64,000 nt of DNA, taken from NCBI GenBank assembly GCA_004375965.1, contig SOIS01000073.1:14802-78801 (forward strand). The letters run 5' to 3'. Under the pieces are notes generated by a model. That model ran no database searches. It was not told the origin of the DNA and saw only the letters and a program-made list of their open reading frames with translations. Each line of letters begins with the position of its first letter. Within the stretch, counting starts at the first letter, position 1. Both the position numbers and the translations under genes were made by a program. Below are positions 19,358 to 28,257 of the stretch, in pieces. Origin of the DNA: Candidatus Cloacimonadota bacterium. Lineage in GTDB: Bacteria; Hydrothermota; E44-bin80.

Positions 19358-20011
19358 CTATTTCTTGAGTATTTTTCTGAATTTTGAAAAAGAACGTGCA
19401 GCTTCGAATCCCGTAACATCCCTATCTCTAAAGAAGAAACCATCTTCTAATCTTAAAAATTTATTCGAAATAGCAAAGGTAATCGCTTTATATGTATAAT
19501 CGGAGAGGGGAACATCCTTCATTTCATAATGATACACCTTCTTGCTGTGAAAAAATGGTAGGGTCTTTGAAACCCTATAAAGGATAATTGCGAGTTGAAA
19601 CCTTTTTACATCATCATCCGGATAGAATTTCCCATCTGGAAAATTTCTCATCCACCCAATTTTCAGTGCATCAACAATATACGGCTCTTCATCTAACCCT
19701 ATAATGTCAAAAATTTTACCATTTTCAACAGGATACATATCCGGATTTTCTTCGAAAAAAGGTTGGAGATCATTCAAATAGTAGACCAAAAGAAAAGCTA
19801 TAACCTTTCTTTTTACCCTGTTCTGTGAAAGAATATTTATAAGATGCTCTTTTTCCCAGTCTTTTTTTAACTGGATCAGGGTTGTTGGTTTTGTCTTTCT
19901 TACTGGCACACACCCTACTGTGCAAATAAGAAAAAAAACAATTAACCCCGTTAGAGACCTCGTCAAAAAGGACAAAACATTCTTTAGAAATATCTTAATA
20001 CATCTTTTCAT
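19358..20011 (-). CDS. hypothetical lipoprotein, possible SLH-like C-terminal region
   Basis: Signal peptide plus Cys (LICTVGC). C-terminal FPDGKFYPDDDVKRFQLAIILYRV and GFFFRDRDVTGFEAARSFSKF are reminiscent of SLH repeats. Confidence 0.35.
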   Translation of the reverse strand: MKRCIKIFLKNVLSFLTRSLTGLIVFFLICTVGCVPVRKTKPTTLIQLKKDWEKEHLINILSQNRVKRKVIAFLLVYYLNDLQPFFEENPDMYPVENGKIFDIIGLDEEPYIVDALKIGWMRNFPDGKFYPDDDVKRFQLAIILYRVSKTLPFFHSKKVYHYEMKDVPLSDYTYKAITFAISNKFLRLEDGFFFRDRDVTGFEAARSFSKFRKILKK

Positions 20012-20050
20012 TGCTGCCCTGAAGGTCGACGAATTCTCTAACGGGGTTAA
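19943..20050. repeat. 15-bp perfect inverted repeat pair TTAACCCCGTTAGAG / CTCTAACGGGGTTAA with 78-nt spacer
   Basis: Arms at 19943-19957 and 20036-20050 flank the start codon and first codons of the lipoprotein gene 19358..20011. Confidence 0.65.
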
Positions 20051-20081
20051 CCTGGAAAAATAATATTTAAATCTTAAAACT

Positions 20082-21005
20082 CTAATACGTTAATGTATCC
20101 CTTATTATGTAAGAGATTGGATTTACTGGTCTATTTAGTATTCTAACCTCATAATGAAGGTGTGTCCCTGTTGCTAAACCGGTTCTTCCCATTGTTGCAA
20201 TGAGGTCACCTCTTTTCGCTTCTTGACCTTCCTTGACAAATATCCTTTGGAGATGTCCGTATTTCGTCTTGAATCCATAACCATGATCAATGGATAAATA
20301 ATTCCCGAATCCTGCCTGCCTGCCTACAAAATCAACTACTCCATCTGCAGTGGCATAAATATGCGTTCCAGGAAGACTTGCAATGTCTAAACCTGTATGG
20401 AAGTGAATAACCCTCCTTATGGGATGTCTTCGATAGCCAAAACCAGAAGAGATGTAACCACTGGTGGGCCAAATGGATGGAGTATGTCGTTTAAGGTCAA
20501 TAATAGATGTAAGCTTTCTGTAAACCTCTTCGTAGGATGTTTGCTCCAGATCAACAAGTTTTTCAGCAAAGTTTACCTCTTTTACTAAATCACTAACTAT
20601 TTTATATGAAGATTTAGAGAGTTTTCCTTTTAATGTATCAAGTGCTGATGGACCACCTATACCCATTATCCTTAATTTCCTTTCCAGAGGAGATACATCA
20701 GTTGCATATCTCAATTTGTCATTAAAAGCTGAATATAAATCTATCTTCTTTTTAAGGGATTTATTTTCTTCATCTATCATTTTAAGGGAAGCAATATAAC
20801 GTTCCTTGACTGTTACCTGATTCCTAAATTCAGAAAATAAAGAGCGTTTATTTATCCCTCTAATTGATAGTAATGAAGAGCATAAGAACAAAAAAGCAAT
20901 AAGTGAAAGCAGTACAAAGAGATAAGTGTCTTTGAAGATAAACTGATAAATACCCTTTTCTGTTATAATACTAAGTGTCCAACTGAATCTCCTCACTCTT
21001 CTCAT
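20082..21005 (-). CDS. M23 family metallopeptidase
   Basis: HTGLDIA...GTHIYATADGVV...GFGNYLSIDHGYG...THLHYEV. Confidence 0.8.
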   Translation of the reverse strand: MRRVRRFSWTLSIITEKGIYQFIFKDTYLFVLLSLIAFLFLCSSLLSIRGINKRSLFSEFRNQVTVKERYIASLKMIDEENKSLKKKIDLYSAFNDKLRYATDVSPLERKLRIMGIGGPSALDTLKGKLSKSSYKIVSDLVKEVNFAEKLVDLEQTSYEEVYRKLTSIIDLKRHTPSIWPTSGYISSGFGYRRHPIRRVIHFHTGLDIASLPGTHIYATADGVVDFVGRQAGFGNYLSIDHGYGFKTKYGHLQRIFVKEGQEAKRGDLIATMGRTGLATGTHLHYEVRILNRPVNPISYIIRDTLTY

Positions 21006-21233
21006 CTATTTACTTATAATACAAAAATTTACCTGTGTCAAGTAAAAACTTTCTGAACTACAATAATATTAAAAGTAGAATAAATCTTTAATTTTATTAA
21101 CTTAGCAAAAATTAAACAATTTTGATGAAAAAAAAATTTACAATATGTTCAAAATCCGAACACTTTTTTCTCTTTTTCCTCTCCATTTAATGGATCATTG
21201 CGAGCCCGACCTCTAAGCCAGAAATATAACATT

Positions 21234-22196
21234 TTACACCATTCTATCCGTCTTTCTTTCTCCAAAGATAAAGATAACTGCACCGGAAAGACTAACAACC
21301 ATTGTAATTCCAAGATAGATTATTGAAATAAGGATTGATTGGGACGATTTAACACTTGCAAGATTAAATAGAAATACATATAAACCCTCTCTTATTCCAA
21401 TACCGTTTATGGTTATGGGAATCATACTTGCAATATTAATCACAGGAATGAATGCAAGATAATAATAATATGGAATTTCTACTAACAGTGCCTTTCCAAT
21501 AAAAAAAGCCATTGTTATCAGAATTACCTGAAAAAGAAAGGATAAAAGAATTGTTTGAAAAACCACCAATTTTCTCTTCTTATAGTAATAGAGTGCATTA
21601 TAGAGTCTCTTTATCTTGTTCTTCAGTTTTGAAAGGATTTTTATCTTGAATAACCAATTGAATCTTTTTAACGTTTTTCTTTTCAGAAAGAAAAAGATAC
21701 CTGCTATGAATAAGATTGTAAGAAAAACTAGTCCAAGAAAGATAAAGAGAATAAAACGGTTCTTCACTATAAAAAGAGGAAGGGAGAAAATACCAAGAAG
21801 GAGTATTGAAAGAAACCCTATCATCCTTTCTGAAATAACCGAGGCAAAACATTCTGCTTTTTTCCCATAGTTATTTGATGCATAAACTCCCCTTACTATA
21901 TCAAGACCAACACCTGTTGGGAGAAAATTATTAAAGAAAAAACCGACAAGGTAATAGCTAAATGTTTTATGGAACGGTATATCTATTGAATGTGCGGAAA
22001 GAAGTATTTTCCATCTCGCTGAAATAATTGCAACGGCTAAGAGAAATAATATAATTGAGAGAACGATGAAGAGAAAATCTGTTTGTTTAAGTATTGCAAG
22101 GACTTTACTTGTATCCGCTTTGCTAAAAAGAAAGAGTAACAGCCCTATACCTACTATAAGTCTTACTACTATGAGGAGACTTCTTTTATATTTCAC
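21234..22196 (-). CDS. UPF0104 (lysylphosphatidylglycerol-synthase-like TM region / flippase-like) family membrane protein
   Basis: Polytopic membrane protein with LLFSKADTSKVLAILKQ...ISARWKILL. The track ORF (to 22277) overlaps the upstream GT4 by 92 nt. I place the start at the GTG at 22194-22196, an 11-nt overlap, with low confidence. Confidence 0.5.
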   Translation of the reverse strand: MKYKRSLLIVVRLIVGIGLLLFLFSKADTSKVLAILKQTDFLFIVLSIILFLLAVAIISARWKILLSAHSIDIPFHKTFSYYLVGFFFNNFLPTGVGLDIVRGVYASNNYGKKAECFASVISERMIGFLSILLLGIFSLPLFIVKNRFILFIFLGLVFLTILFIAGIFFFLKRKTLKRFNWLFKIKILSKLKNKIKRLYNALYYYKKRKLVVFQTILLSFLFQVILITMAFFIGKALLVEIPYYYYLAFIPVINIASMIPITINGIGIREGLYVFLFNLASVKSSQSILISIIYLGITMVVSLSGAVIFIFGERKTDRMV

Positions 22197-23319
22197 CAGA
22201 TAGTCTTTTCTCCAAGAGTTCCAGTATTCCTTTCGCAGACGTCTCCCAGTCAAAGTTTTTTGACCATTTAATTGCATTATTTTGCATATCTTGAAGGAGG
22301 TCTCGTCTTTTTAGCAATTTCTTTATTGAAGAAGTAAGTGCATTAATATCTCCGTAAGGATAGAGTAGTCCATTGAATCCGTCTTTTACCGAATCCCTCA
22401 ATCCGGGAGAATCTGCTGCCACCACAGGAATACCACATGCATTACTTTCTATAACGGTCAGCCCCCATCCTTCCTTTGATGAAGTATTCACAACGATTTC
22501 TGATCCCTGAAGTATACTTATTTTTTCATCCTCTGAAATAAATCCAGTAAAATTAATTATGCTCATAATCCTGAGGGATGCCGCGATATTTTTTAGATCT
22601 GGTAGCGCATCACCATCACCAATCATCACAACCTTCAAAAGAGGGAATTCCTTTCTTAAACGTTCGACTGCATAAAGAAGATGTTCAATACTTTTGTATC
22701 TCTTTATTCTTCCCAAAAATGTAATTTGGAATGGTGTCTTTTCCCCCTTTCCCGGTTTATATCTGCTGAGGTCTATTCCGTTGTAATGTATGAATATGTT
22801 CTCTTCAGGAATTCCCGACTTAACAAGGTCCGCTTTTGTGCTTTCTGAAACAACATCAAAAGGTATATTTCTGTAAACCAACGGGATAAGTGACTCTGTA
22901 ATATAAACATATAATGCAAATGGAAAGATGGTCTCCTTGAAGATGTCTCTTCCAAAACGATGATGAAGAATAGCAACTGTTGGAATCTTTATAAAGAGTG
23001 GGGTGAAGAAAGGAATTTTATTCAGGTCTTCAACAAGAATATCGATATGCTCTCTCTTTACAATCTCTTTTACAGCATAGGGGACAAAAAAGTTGAAGTC
23101 GTTTCTCCTCCCCTTTCGTATTATATGAATCCCGTCCAAAATTTCTTCCTTCTTAGCTCCAGAAAACCCACTAGCCAATAAGGTTACATTGTGCCCCCAA
23201 TGTGCAATCCTGTCAAAGATCTCATGAAGATGAACTTCTGCTCCACCAGCAAAAGGGTTACGTCTATCTTGCCAATTTACAATGAGAATATTCATAAGAA
23301 CAGAAAAATAAAACAGCAA
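22186..23319 (-). CDS. glycosyltransferase family 4 (GT-B fold)
   Basis: EGWGLTVIESNACGIPVVAADSPGLRDSVKDGFNGLL (EX7E-type C-terminal domain). Confidence 0.8.
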   Translation of the reverse strand: MLFYFSVLMNILIVNWQDRRNPFAGGAEVHLHEIFDRIAHWGHNVTLLASGFSGAKKEEILDGIHIIRKGRRNDFNFFVPYAVKEIVKREHIDILVEDLNKIPFFTPLFIKIPTVAILHHRFGRDIFKETIFPFALYVYITESLIPLVYRNIPFDVVSESTKADLVKSGIPEENIFIHYNGIDLSRYKPGKGEKTPFQITFLGRIKRYKSIEHLLYAVERLRKEFPLLKVVMIGDGDALPDLKNIAASLRIMSIINFTGFISEDEKISILQGSEIVVNTSSKEGWGLTVIESNACGIPVVAADSPGLRDSVKDGFNGLLYPYGDINALTSSIKKLLKRRDLLQDMQNNAIKWSKNFDWETSAKGILELLEKRLSGEI

Positions 23320-23321
23320 AA

Positions 23322-23349
23322 GTAAGGGCGTTCAATTGAACGCCCCTAC
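23322..23349. repeat. GC-rich palindromic hairpin element, copy 1 (GTAAGGGCGTTCAATTGAACGCCCCTAC)
   Basis: 28-nt palindrome (one mismatch) centred on CAATTG, between purA stop and the GT4 start. Minus-strand transcript continues UUACUUUUGCUGUUU. Confidence 0.7.
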
Positions 23350-23368
23350 TAACTCGTTTGATGGATAA

Positions 23369-24640
23369 CTACCATATTTCTTTTTTAACTATGGTCTCCT
23401 TCCTGTTAGGTCCAGTTGAAATAATAGTTATATCTACATTTAGTATATCTTCTAAACCCTTTAGATAATCAAGCGCTTCTGAGGGAAGTAACCTTGCTTT
23501 CACAATTCCCCGAATGTCCTGTTTCCAACCCTTGAATTCCTCGTAAATTGGAATTGTTTCAGAAAGCTCTTTGGTATATGCAGGAAACGATGATACCCTT
23601 TTCCCATCTTTTGTTCTGTATTCAACACACACCTTAATCTTATCAACCCCGGAAAGGCAGTCCAGCTTCGTAATTGCAATAGATGTCACTCCATTTACCA
23701 TACATGCATATTTAATACCAACCGCGTCAAACCAGCCACATCTCCTTGGTCTTCCTGTGGTTGCTCCAAACTCCTTCGCATGCTTTCTGAAACGATCCTC
23801 AAAATCCCTTTCAAATACAGTTGGGAAGGGTCCCTCTCCTATCCTCGTAGCATAAGCCTTTGCTACCCCAACTACGTCTTTAATCTTTGAGGAAGGGACA
23901 CCAGTTCCAGTGCTTATTCCTCCGATTGTTGGATTGCTTGAGGTAACATAGGGATACGTTCCAAGGTCAACATCTAAAAGTGTGCCTTGAGCACCTTCAA
24001 AGAGCACCTTTCTCTCCTTATCTATCTCACTATTTAGAAACAGAACAGTATCAATAAAGTATTCTTTCAATTTATTAACAATTGGTTGACATTCCTCCAA
24101 AATAGATTTTATGTTAAATTTTTCACGCATCCACTTCTTTGTGCTCAGATTAAACTCTATCAATGTTTTTAAGTCATCAAGATGAAGAAGATCAGCAACC
24201 CTTATTCCTGTCCTTGCATACTTATCCGTATAGGTCGGCCCTACGCCCTTAAAGGTTGTTCCTACTTTCTTAGAACCCTTAATCTCTTCTATCTTTTTAT
24301 CTTCGTATATATGAAAAGGAAATGTTATATGAGCACGATCACTAATAAAAAGTCTTCCTTGTATATCTACTCCCTCCTTTTCAAGAAGGATTATCTCTTC
24401 GTAAAGGCTTTTAAGGTTAACAACACATCCGTTACCAATTACACATATGGTTTTTTTATTAAATATCCCCGAAGGAATCAGATGAAGAGGTAGTGGTTCA
24501 CCTTTGTAATAAACTGTATGTCCTGCATTTGTTCCACCCTGGTAGCGGGCAACAATATCTGCCTTTTCACTCAGAAGGTCAACAATTTTACCCTTCCCCT
24601 CATCTCCCCATGACAATCCAATGACAGCAATAGTATTCAT
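23369..24640 (-). CDS. purA: adenylosuccinate synthetase
   Basis: VIGLSWGDEGKGKIVD, QGGTNAGHTV and GTTGRGIGP-like motifs. 423 aa. Confidence 0.9.
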   Translation of the reverse strand: MNTIAVIGLSWGDEGKGKIVDLLSEKADIVARYQGGTNAGHTVYYKGEPLPLHLIPSGIFNKKTICVIGNGCVVNLKSLYEEIILLEKEGVDIQGRLFISDRAHITFPFHIYEDKKIEEIKGSKKVGTTFKGVGPTYTDKYARTGIRVADLLHLDDLKTLIEFNLSTKKWMREKFNIKSILEECQPIVNKLKEYFIDTVLFLNSEIDKERKVLFEGAQGTLLDVDLGTYPYVTSSNPTIGGISTGTGVPSSKIKDVVGVAKAYATRIGEGPFPTVFERDFEDRFRKHAKEFGATTGRPRRCGWFDAVGIKYACMVNGVTSIAITKLDCLSGVDKIKVCVEYRTKDGKRVSSFPAYTKELSETIPIYEEFKGWKQDIRGIVKARLLPSEALDYLKGLEDILNVDITIISTGPNRKETIVKKEIW

Positions 24641-24731
24641 AAATAAAACCTCATATATGGTTTGTTTGGTTCGTTGTAACGTTTAGTTCGTTAGTAACGT
24701 TTGAAACTATAATAACGATCAAAACGATCAA

Positions 24732-25472
24732 TTAGAAACTTTCAAGATAACTGAGTTTTAAAACCCTATTAATCCCATCATCCCCTGTCCTCAGCATATT
24801 TCTTATATCAAACTCTATTGCAATATTTGGTGCAAAATATCCCTTTATACCAATATTGAGATAACCATCCTTCCTATATTCCTTAATTCCTTCGTTAAAA
24901 GCAAAATCATAATCGGCAAGGAAACTATAAACCGTTGTTATCGTCTTTTCAAACCCAAGAAAGACATTGAGGTTTTTGTTACCATCACTATGTTCGAGTG
25001 AATAATTGATGCCACCATGAATGCTTAGATTACCAATAAACTCGAAGTTTTTGCTAACAACACCATAGAAGCCTTTAGATTTTATCCTGTACCGTCCGTT
25101 AATCTGAGGTCCGTATCCCTGTGAAGAAAAACCGAGCGCAAAGGCAGGATATATAAGGGTTTCTTCTATAGCTCTGTATCTCACCTCAACCCCCGGATAC
25201 TTGTATCCTTCTATTGCACCGTATCCTACAACATGGTCACCACCGTAACTCACGCCGATAGAGAAATTATCTGTAATCCCTATATAGATTCCTGTAAGAA
25301 TCCCACCTTCAGGCTCAATTCTTACCCTTACTTCGTATTGTCCCCTGAAGTAGTTTCCACAGGTTGGGTTATCAATAAGCATAAAAATCGGATTCTCAAA
25401 AGCAGCAGAAAGATTTATTCCAATTAGTAAAAACAAAAAGAAAAAGTATGGTTTTTTCATTCCTTCCTCCAT
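24732..25472 (-). CDS. probable outer-membrane beta-barrel protein
   Basis: Signal peptide (MKKPYFFFLFLLIGINLSAAF), alternating aromatic/polar beta-strand pattern, C-terminal ...LSYLESF. Confidence 0.45.
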   Translation of the reverse strand: MEEGMKKPYFFFLFLLIGINLSAAFENPIFMLIDNPTCGNYFRGQYEVRVRIEPEGGILTGIYIGITDNFSIGVSYGGDHVVGYGAIEGYKYPGVEVRYRAIEETLIYPAFALGFSSQGYGPQINGRYRIKSKGFYGVVSKNFEFIGNLSIHGGINYSLEHSDGNKNLNVFLGFEKTITTVYSFLADYDFAFNEGIKEYRKDGYLNIGIKGYFAPNIAIEFDIRNMLRTGDDGINRVLKLSYLESF

Positions 25473-25592
25473 TCCATCACTTTTTTTTCATATCACAAAA
25501 TTCATCATATGTCAACTTTTTTATTTTTGGGCCTCTGAAAAACTACTCAGAGACCTCTTTTAATCTGTGTAATCTGAACATAAATTTGCTTG

Positions 25593-25622
25593 CCCCGTTA
25601 GACAATTTCATATCTAACGGGG
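25593..25622. repeat. hairpin CCCCGTTAG-(12 nt)-CTAACGGGG, same family as 19943/33021
   Basis: Shares the CCCCGTTAGA arm with the 19943 repeat. Intergenic, upstream of the zinc-ribbon gene 25724. Confidence 0.55.
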
Positions 25623-25723
25623 TGAATAATCATAGATTTATGATTTTTCATATATTCCCGTATTTTTTTTCTTGACTTTGTTTTATTTTTAAGTTACAAT
25701 ATTAAAAAAGAAGGGAGCATGAA

Positions 25724-26488
25724 ATGACTGTTGAGTGTCCGAAATGTAAAAAGAAATATATAGTAAATGAAGCACTCATTCCTGTTGGCGGTGCACCAGT
25801 AAGATGTCCTGACTGCTCAAATATATTTACACTATACAGAGAACCACTGGATATACATCTTGAACCTGAATTGGAGGAAACAGTATCCGCAGCAAAAGAA
25901 GAGATATCTATACAACCAGAAACTTTTACACCGCAGAAAGAAGTACCAGCTGTTGCTGAAACATCTCTTTCTGATGTCGCAGACATAGAAACAAAGATAC
26001 CACCTAAGGAAGAAAGAACGAAATTGTGGGAGAAACTGCAGGAGTCGTATACCTCTGATAAAAAACAGAAAACCGTATCTCCGACAATAGAAGAAGAACT
26101 ACCACCAACAATTGAGGAACCTTCTGTTCTACTGCAAGAAGAAAAATTTATGGAAACTCCATCTGTGGAATTAGAAGCAGAAGTGAAACCTGAGGAAATC
26201 CCATTAGTGAAGGAGGCTGAAGAGAAACCTCTCACAGAAAAGGAAAAAATAGAAAAAGAGGCAAAAAGACTTGCACGTTCTCTTGTTAAGGATATACTGC
26301 TTTACCATAGTGATAAGGTTGAAATAGGTTTAAAACAGGGGAATCTTGCTCACCTAATCGGAAATGAGATAAGAAAATCATGGAGATTTTATAAAGACAA
26401 TTTTCCCCTCGAGAAAACAGGTAATGTAAATTATTTTAAGAATGCTCTAAATGAAATAATTGGTAAAGGGAAACAAATTTTCAAATAA
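25724..26488 (+). CDS. zinc-ribbon (MJ0042-like) protein with acidic Glu/Pro-rich linker
   Basis: ECPKCKKKY...RCPDCSNIF then a long E/P/K-rich low-complexity region. C-terminal segment is conserved-looking. Confidence 0.5.
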   Translation: MTVECPKCKKKYIVNEALIPVGGAPVRCPDCSNIFTLYREPLDIHLEPELEETVSAAKEEISIQPETFTPQKEVPAVAETSLSDVADIETKIPPKEERTKLWEKLQESYTSDKKQKTVSPTIEEELPPTIEEPSVLLQEEKFMETPSVELEAEVKPEEIPLVKEAEEKPLTEKEKIEKEAKRLARSLVKDILLYHSDKVEIGLKQGNLAHLIGNEIRKSWRFYKDNFPLEKTGNVNYFKNALNEIIGKGKQIFK

Positions 26489-26682
26489 ATTTAGCCACTA
26501 ATTAAAACGAATTGAGTATAACCAAAATATAGATATAGGATTGAAAAAAAGAGACAGAAATTGAGAAATTGGGAAACCAAGAAACCTGAAATTGTAAAGT
26601 TAAGAATTTGGAAATTCCAATACACCCTTTTGATTTTCGTAATTTCCATTTTCCTAATTTCGTACTTTCCTAATTTTGAATG

Positions 26683-26688
26683 GAGGAC
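26683..26688 (+). promoter_or_regulatory. Shine-Dalgarno (GGAGGA) for secD
   Basis: 6 nt upstream of the ATG at 26695. Confidence 0.5.
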
Positions 26689-26694
26689 TGGTTA

Positions 26695-28248
26695 ATGAAA
26701 AAAACCCTTAGATGGAAATTCATCTTTTTCTTAATCGTATTCCTTGCTGCTCTATGGCAATTATCATACACCTTTAGATATTCGAGGATGACGAAAGAAG
26801 AACTCGCCAATCTTGAACCACAACAGAGAAAATCCCTTGAAGACAAAACCATTCATCTTGGTCTCGACCTCAAGGGAGGAATGCATCTTATTCTTGAAGT
26901 AGATAAAACAAAACTTACAGATGAGGAAAAGAAAGGTGCAACAGATAGGGCACTTGAAATAATTAGAAACAGGATTGATCAGTTTGGTGTTTCAGAACCT
27001 ACAATAGAGAAACAAGGAACGGATAGGATTTTGATTCAACTGCCTGGTGTGGTTGACAGGAAGAGAGCTAAGGAACTTATCGGAAAAACCGCTCTTCTTG
27101 AGTTCAGACTTGTTGAAGATGCAGAGGCGGAACAGAACCTTCTTACTAAAATAGACGAATATTTAGGTAAAACTGAATATGGTGATTCATCAATCTTAGA
27201 ATCAAATCCATTACTTTCGAATATTGAGTTTATACGAGGGGATTTTCTTGTTCTTTCTGAATTCAAGAAAACGGTTGACGACTACTTAAAAAGAGACGAT
27301 GTAAAGAAGATGATACCAAGGGACAGAACATTTCTCTGGGAAAAGGCAAAAGAGATAGAGGGTAGAAAGATGTTCCCTCTTTTTCTTATCCATTCTGAAC
27401 CTGTTCTTACAGGGGCGGCAATACTCACAGCCGACGCAGGAATAGGTACACCAAACAATCCAATGGGTGTGAAGGTTGATTTAACAATGACAAGAAAGGC
27501 AAGAGCAAAATGGTCAGCAATCACAGGTGCAAATGTGGGAAAGAGGATTGCAATTGTACTTGATGAAATTATCCAATCCGCACCTGTTGTTAGAGAACGA
27601 ATCCCAAGCGGGCGCTCTGAGATTACCCTCGGTGATGCTAGTATGGATGAAGCAAAGGACCTGTCTGTTGTTCTTAAGGCTGGCGCTCTACCAGCACCTG
27701 TAAGAGTTATAGAGGAACGTTCGGTTGGACCATCCCTTGGAACCGATTCAATAAGAAAAGGAGTCAGATCTATCCTCCTGGGAGGAGCGATTATTATAAT
27801 CTTTATGCTTATCTATTATGGGCTATCTGGATTTGTAGCAAACTTTGCGCTTTGCCTTAACCTTCTCTTTATCCTCGCTGTACTTTCGGCATTCAGATTT
27901 ACACTTACCCTCCCGGGACTCGCTGGTATAGTGCTTACGATTGGTGCTGCAATAGATGCAAATGTCCTTATATTTGAAAGAATTAGAGAGGAATTACGGA
28001 CCGGGAAAACTGTCGGGTCTGCTATTGATACAGGCTACAAGAAGGCGTTTGTTACCATTCTCGATGCAAACCTTACAACCTTCATTACTGCTGCTATTCT
28101 ATATTTCTTTGGCACTGGCCCGATAAAGGGTTTTGCAGTAACATTGGGTATAGGTATCCTTGCAAACTTCTTTACTGCAATTTTTGTAACAAGAATGATA
28201 TTTGATTTTGCTGTTACTTTCTTAAGGATAAAAAGGATTTCTATATAG
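26695..28248 (+). CDS. secD: protein translocase subunit SecD
   Basis: SecD periplasmic domain and C-terminal six-TM RND-like region (GLAGIVLTIGAAIDANVLIFERIREE). Start at the ATG at 26695, which is preceded by GGAGGA. Confidence 0.85.
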   Translation: MKKTLRWKFIFFLIVFLAALWQLSYTFRYSRMTKEELANLEPQQRKSLEDKTIHLGLDLKGGMHLILEVDKTKLTDEEKKGATDRALEIIRNRIDQFGVSEPTIEKQGTDRILIQLPGVVDRKRAKELIGKTALLEFRLVEDAEAEQNLLTKIDEYLGKTEYGDSSILESNPLLSNIEFIRGDFLVLSEFKKTVDDYLKRDDVKKMIPRDRTFLWEKAKEIEGRKMFPLFLIHSEPVLTGAAILTADAGIGTPNNPMGVKVDLTMTRKARAKWSAITGANVGKRIAIVLDEIIQSAPVVRERIPSGRSEITLGDASMDEAKDLSVVLKAGALPAPVRVIEERSVGPSLGTDSIRKGVRSILLGGAIIIIFMLIYYGLSGFVANFALCLNLLFILAVLSAFRFTLTLPGLAGIVLTIGAAIDANVLIFERIREELRTGKTVGSAIDTGYKKAFVTILDANLTTFITAAILYFFGTGPIKGFAVTLGIGILANFFTAIFVTRMIFDFAVTFLRIKRISI

Positions 28249-28257
28249 GAGAGATAT

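Noticed and set aside
19395-19420. tRNA T-loop-like string GCTTCGAATCCC
   Set aside because: Flanking bases cannot form a T-stem or acceptor stem. It lies inside a CDS. No cloverleaf.
21205-21222. 10-mer TCATTGCGAG shared with 33536-33545
   Set aside because: A single shared 10-mer in 64 kb is within chance expectation. No extended similarity.
24641-24731. Short direct repeats (GTTCGTTGTAACGTTT / GTTCGTTAGTAACGTTT and AACGATCAAAACGATCAA) checked for a CRISPR-like array
   Set aside because: Only two imperfect 16-17 nt copies, with no spacer structure. Likely a terminator or UTR sequence for purA.
25702-26235. 177-aa minus-strand ORF
   Set aside because: Antisense to the zinc-ribbon/acidic-linker gene. 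The Ser/Gly-rich translation is the mirror of the Glu/Pro-rich sense frame.
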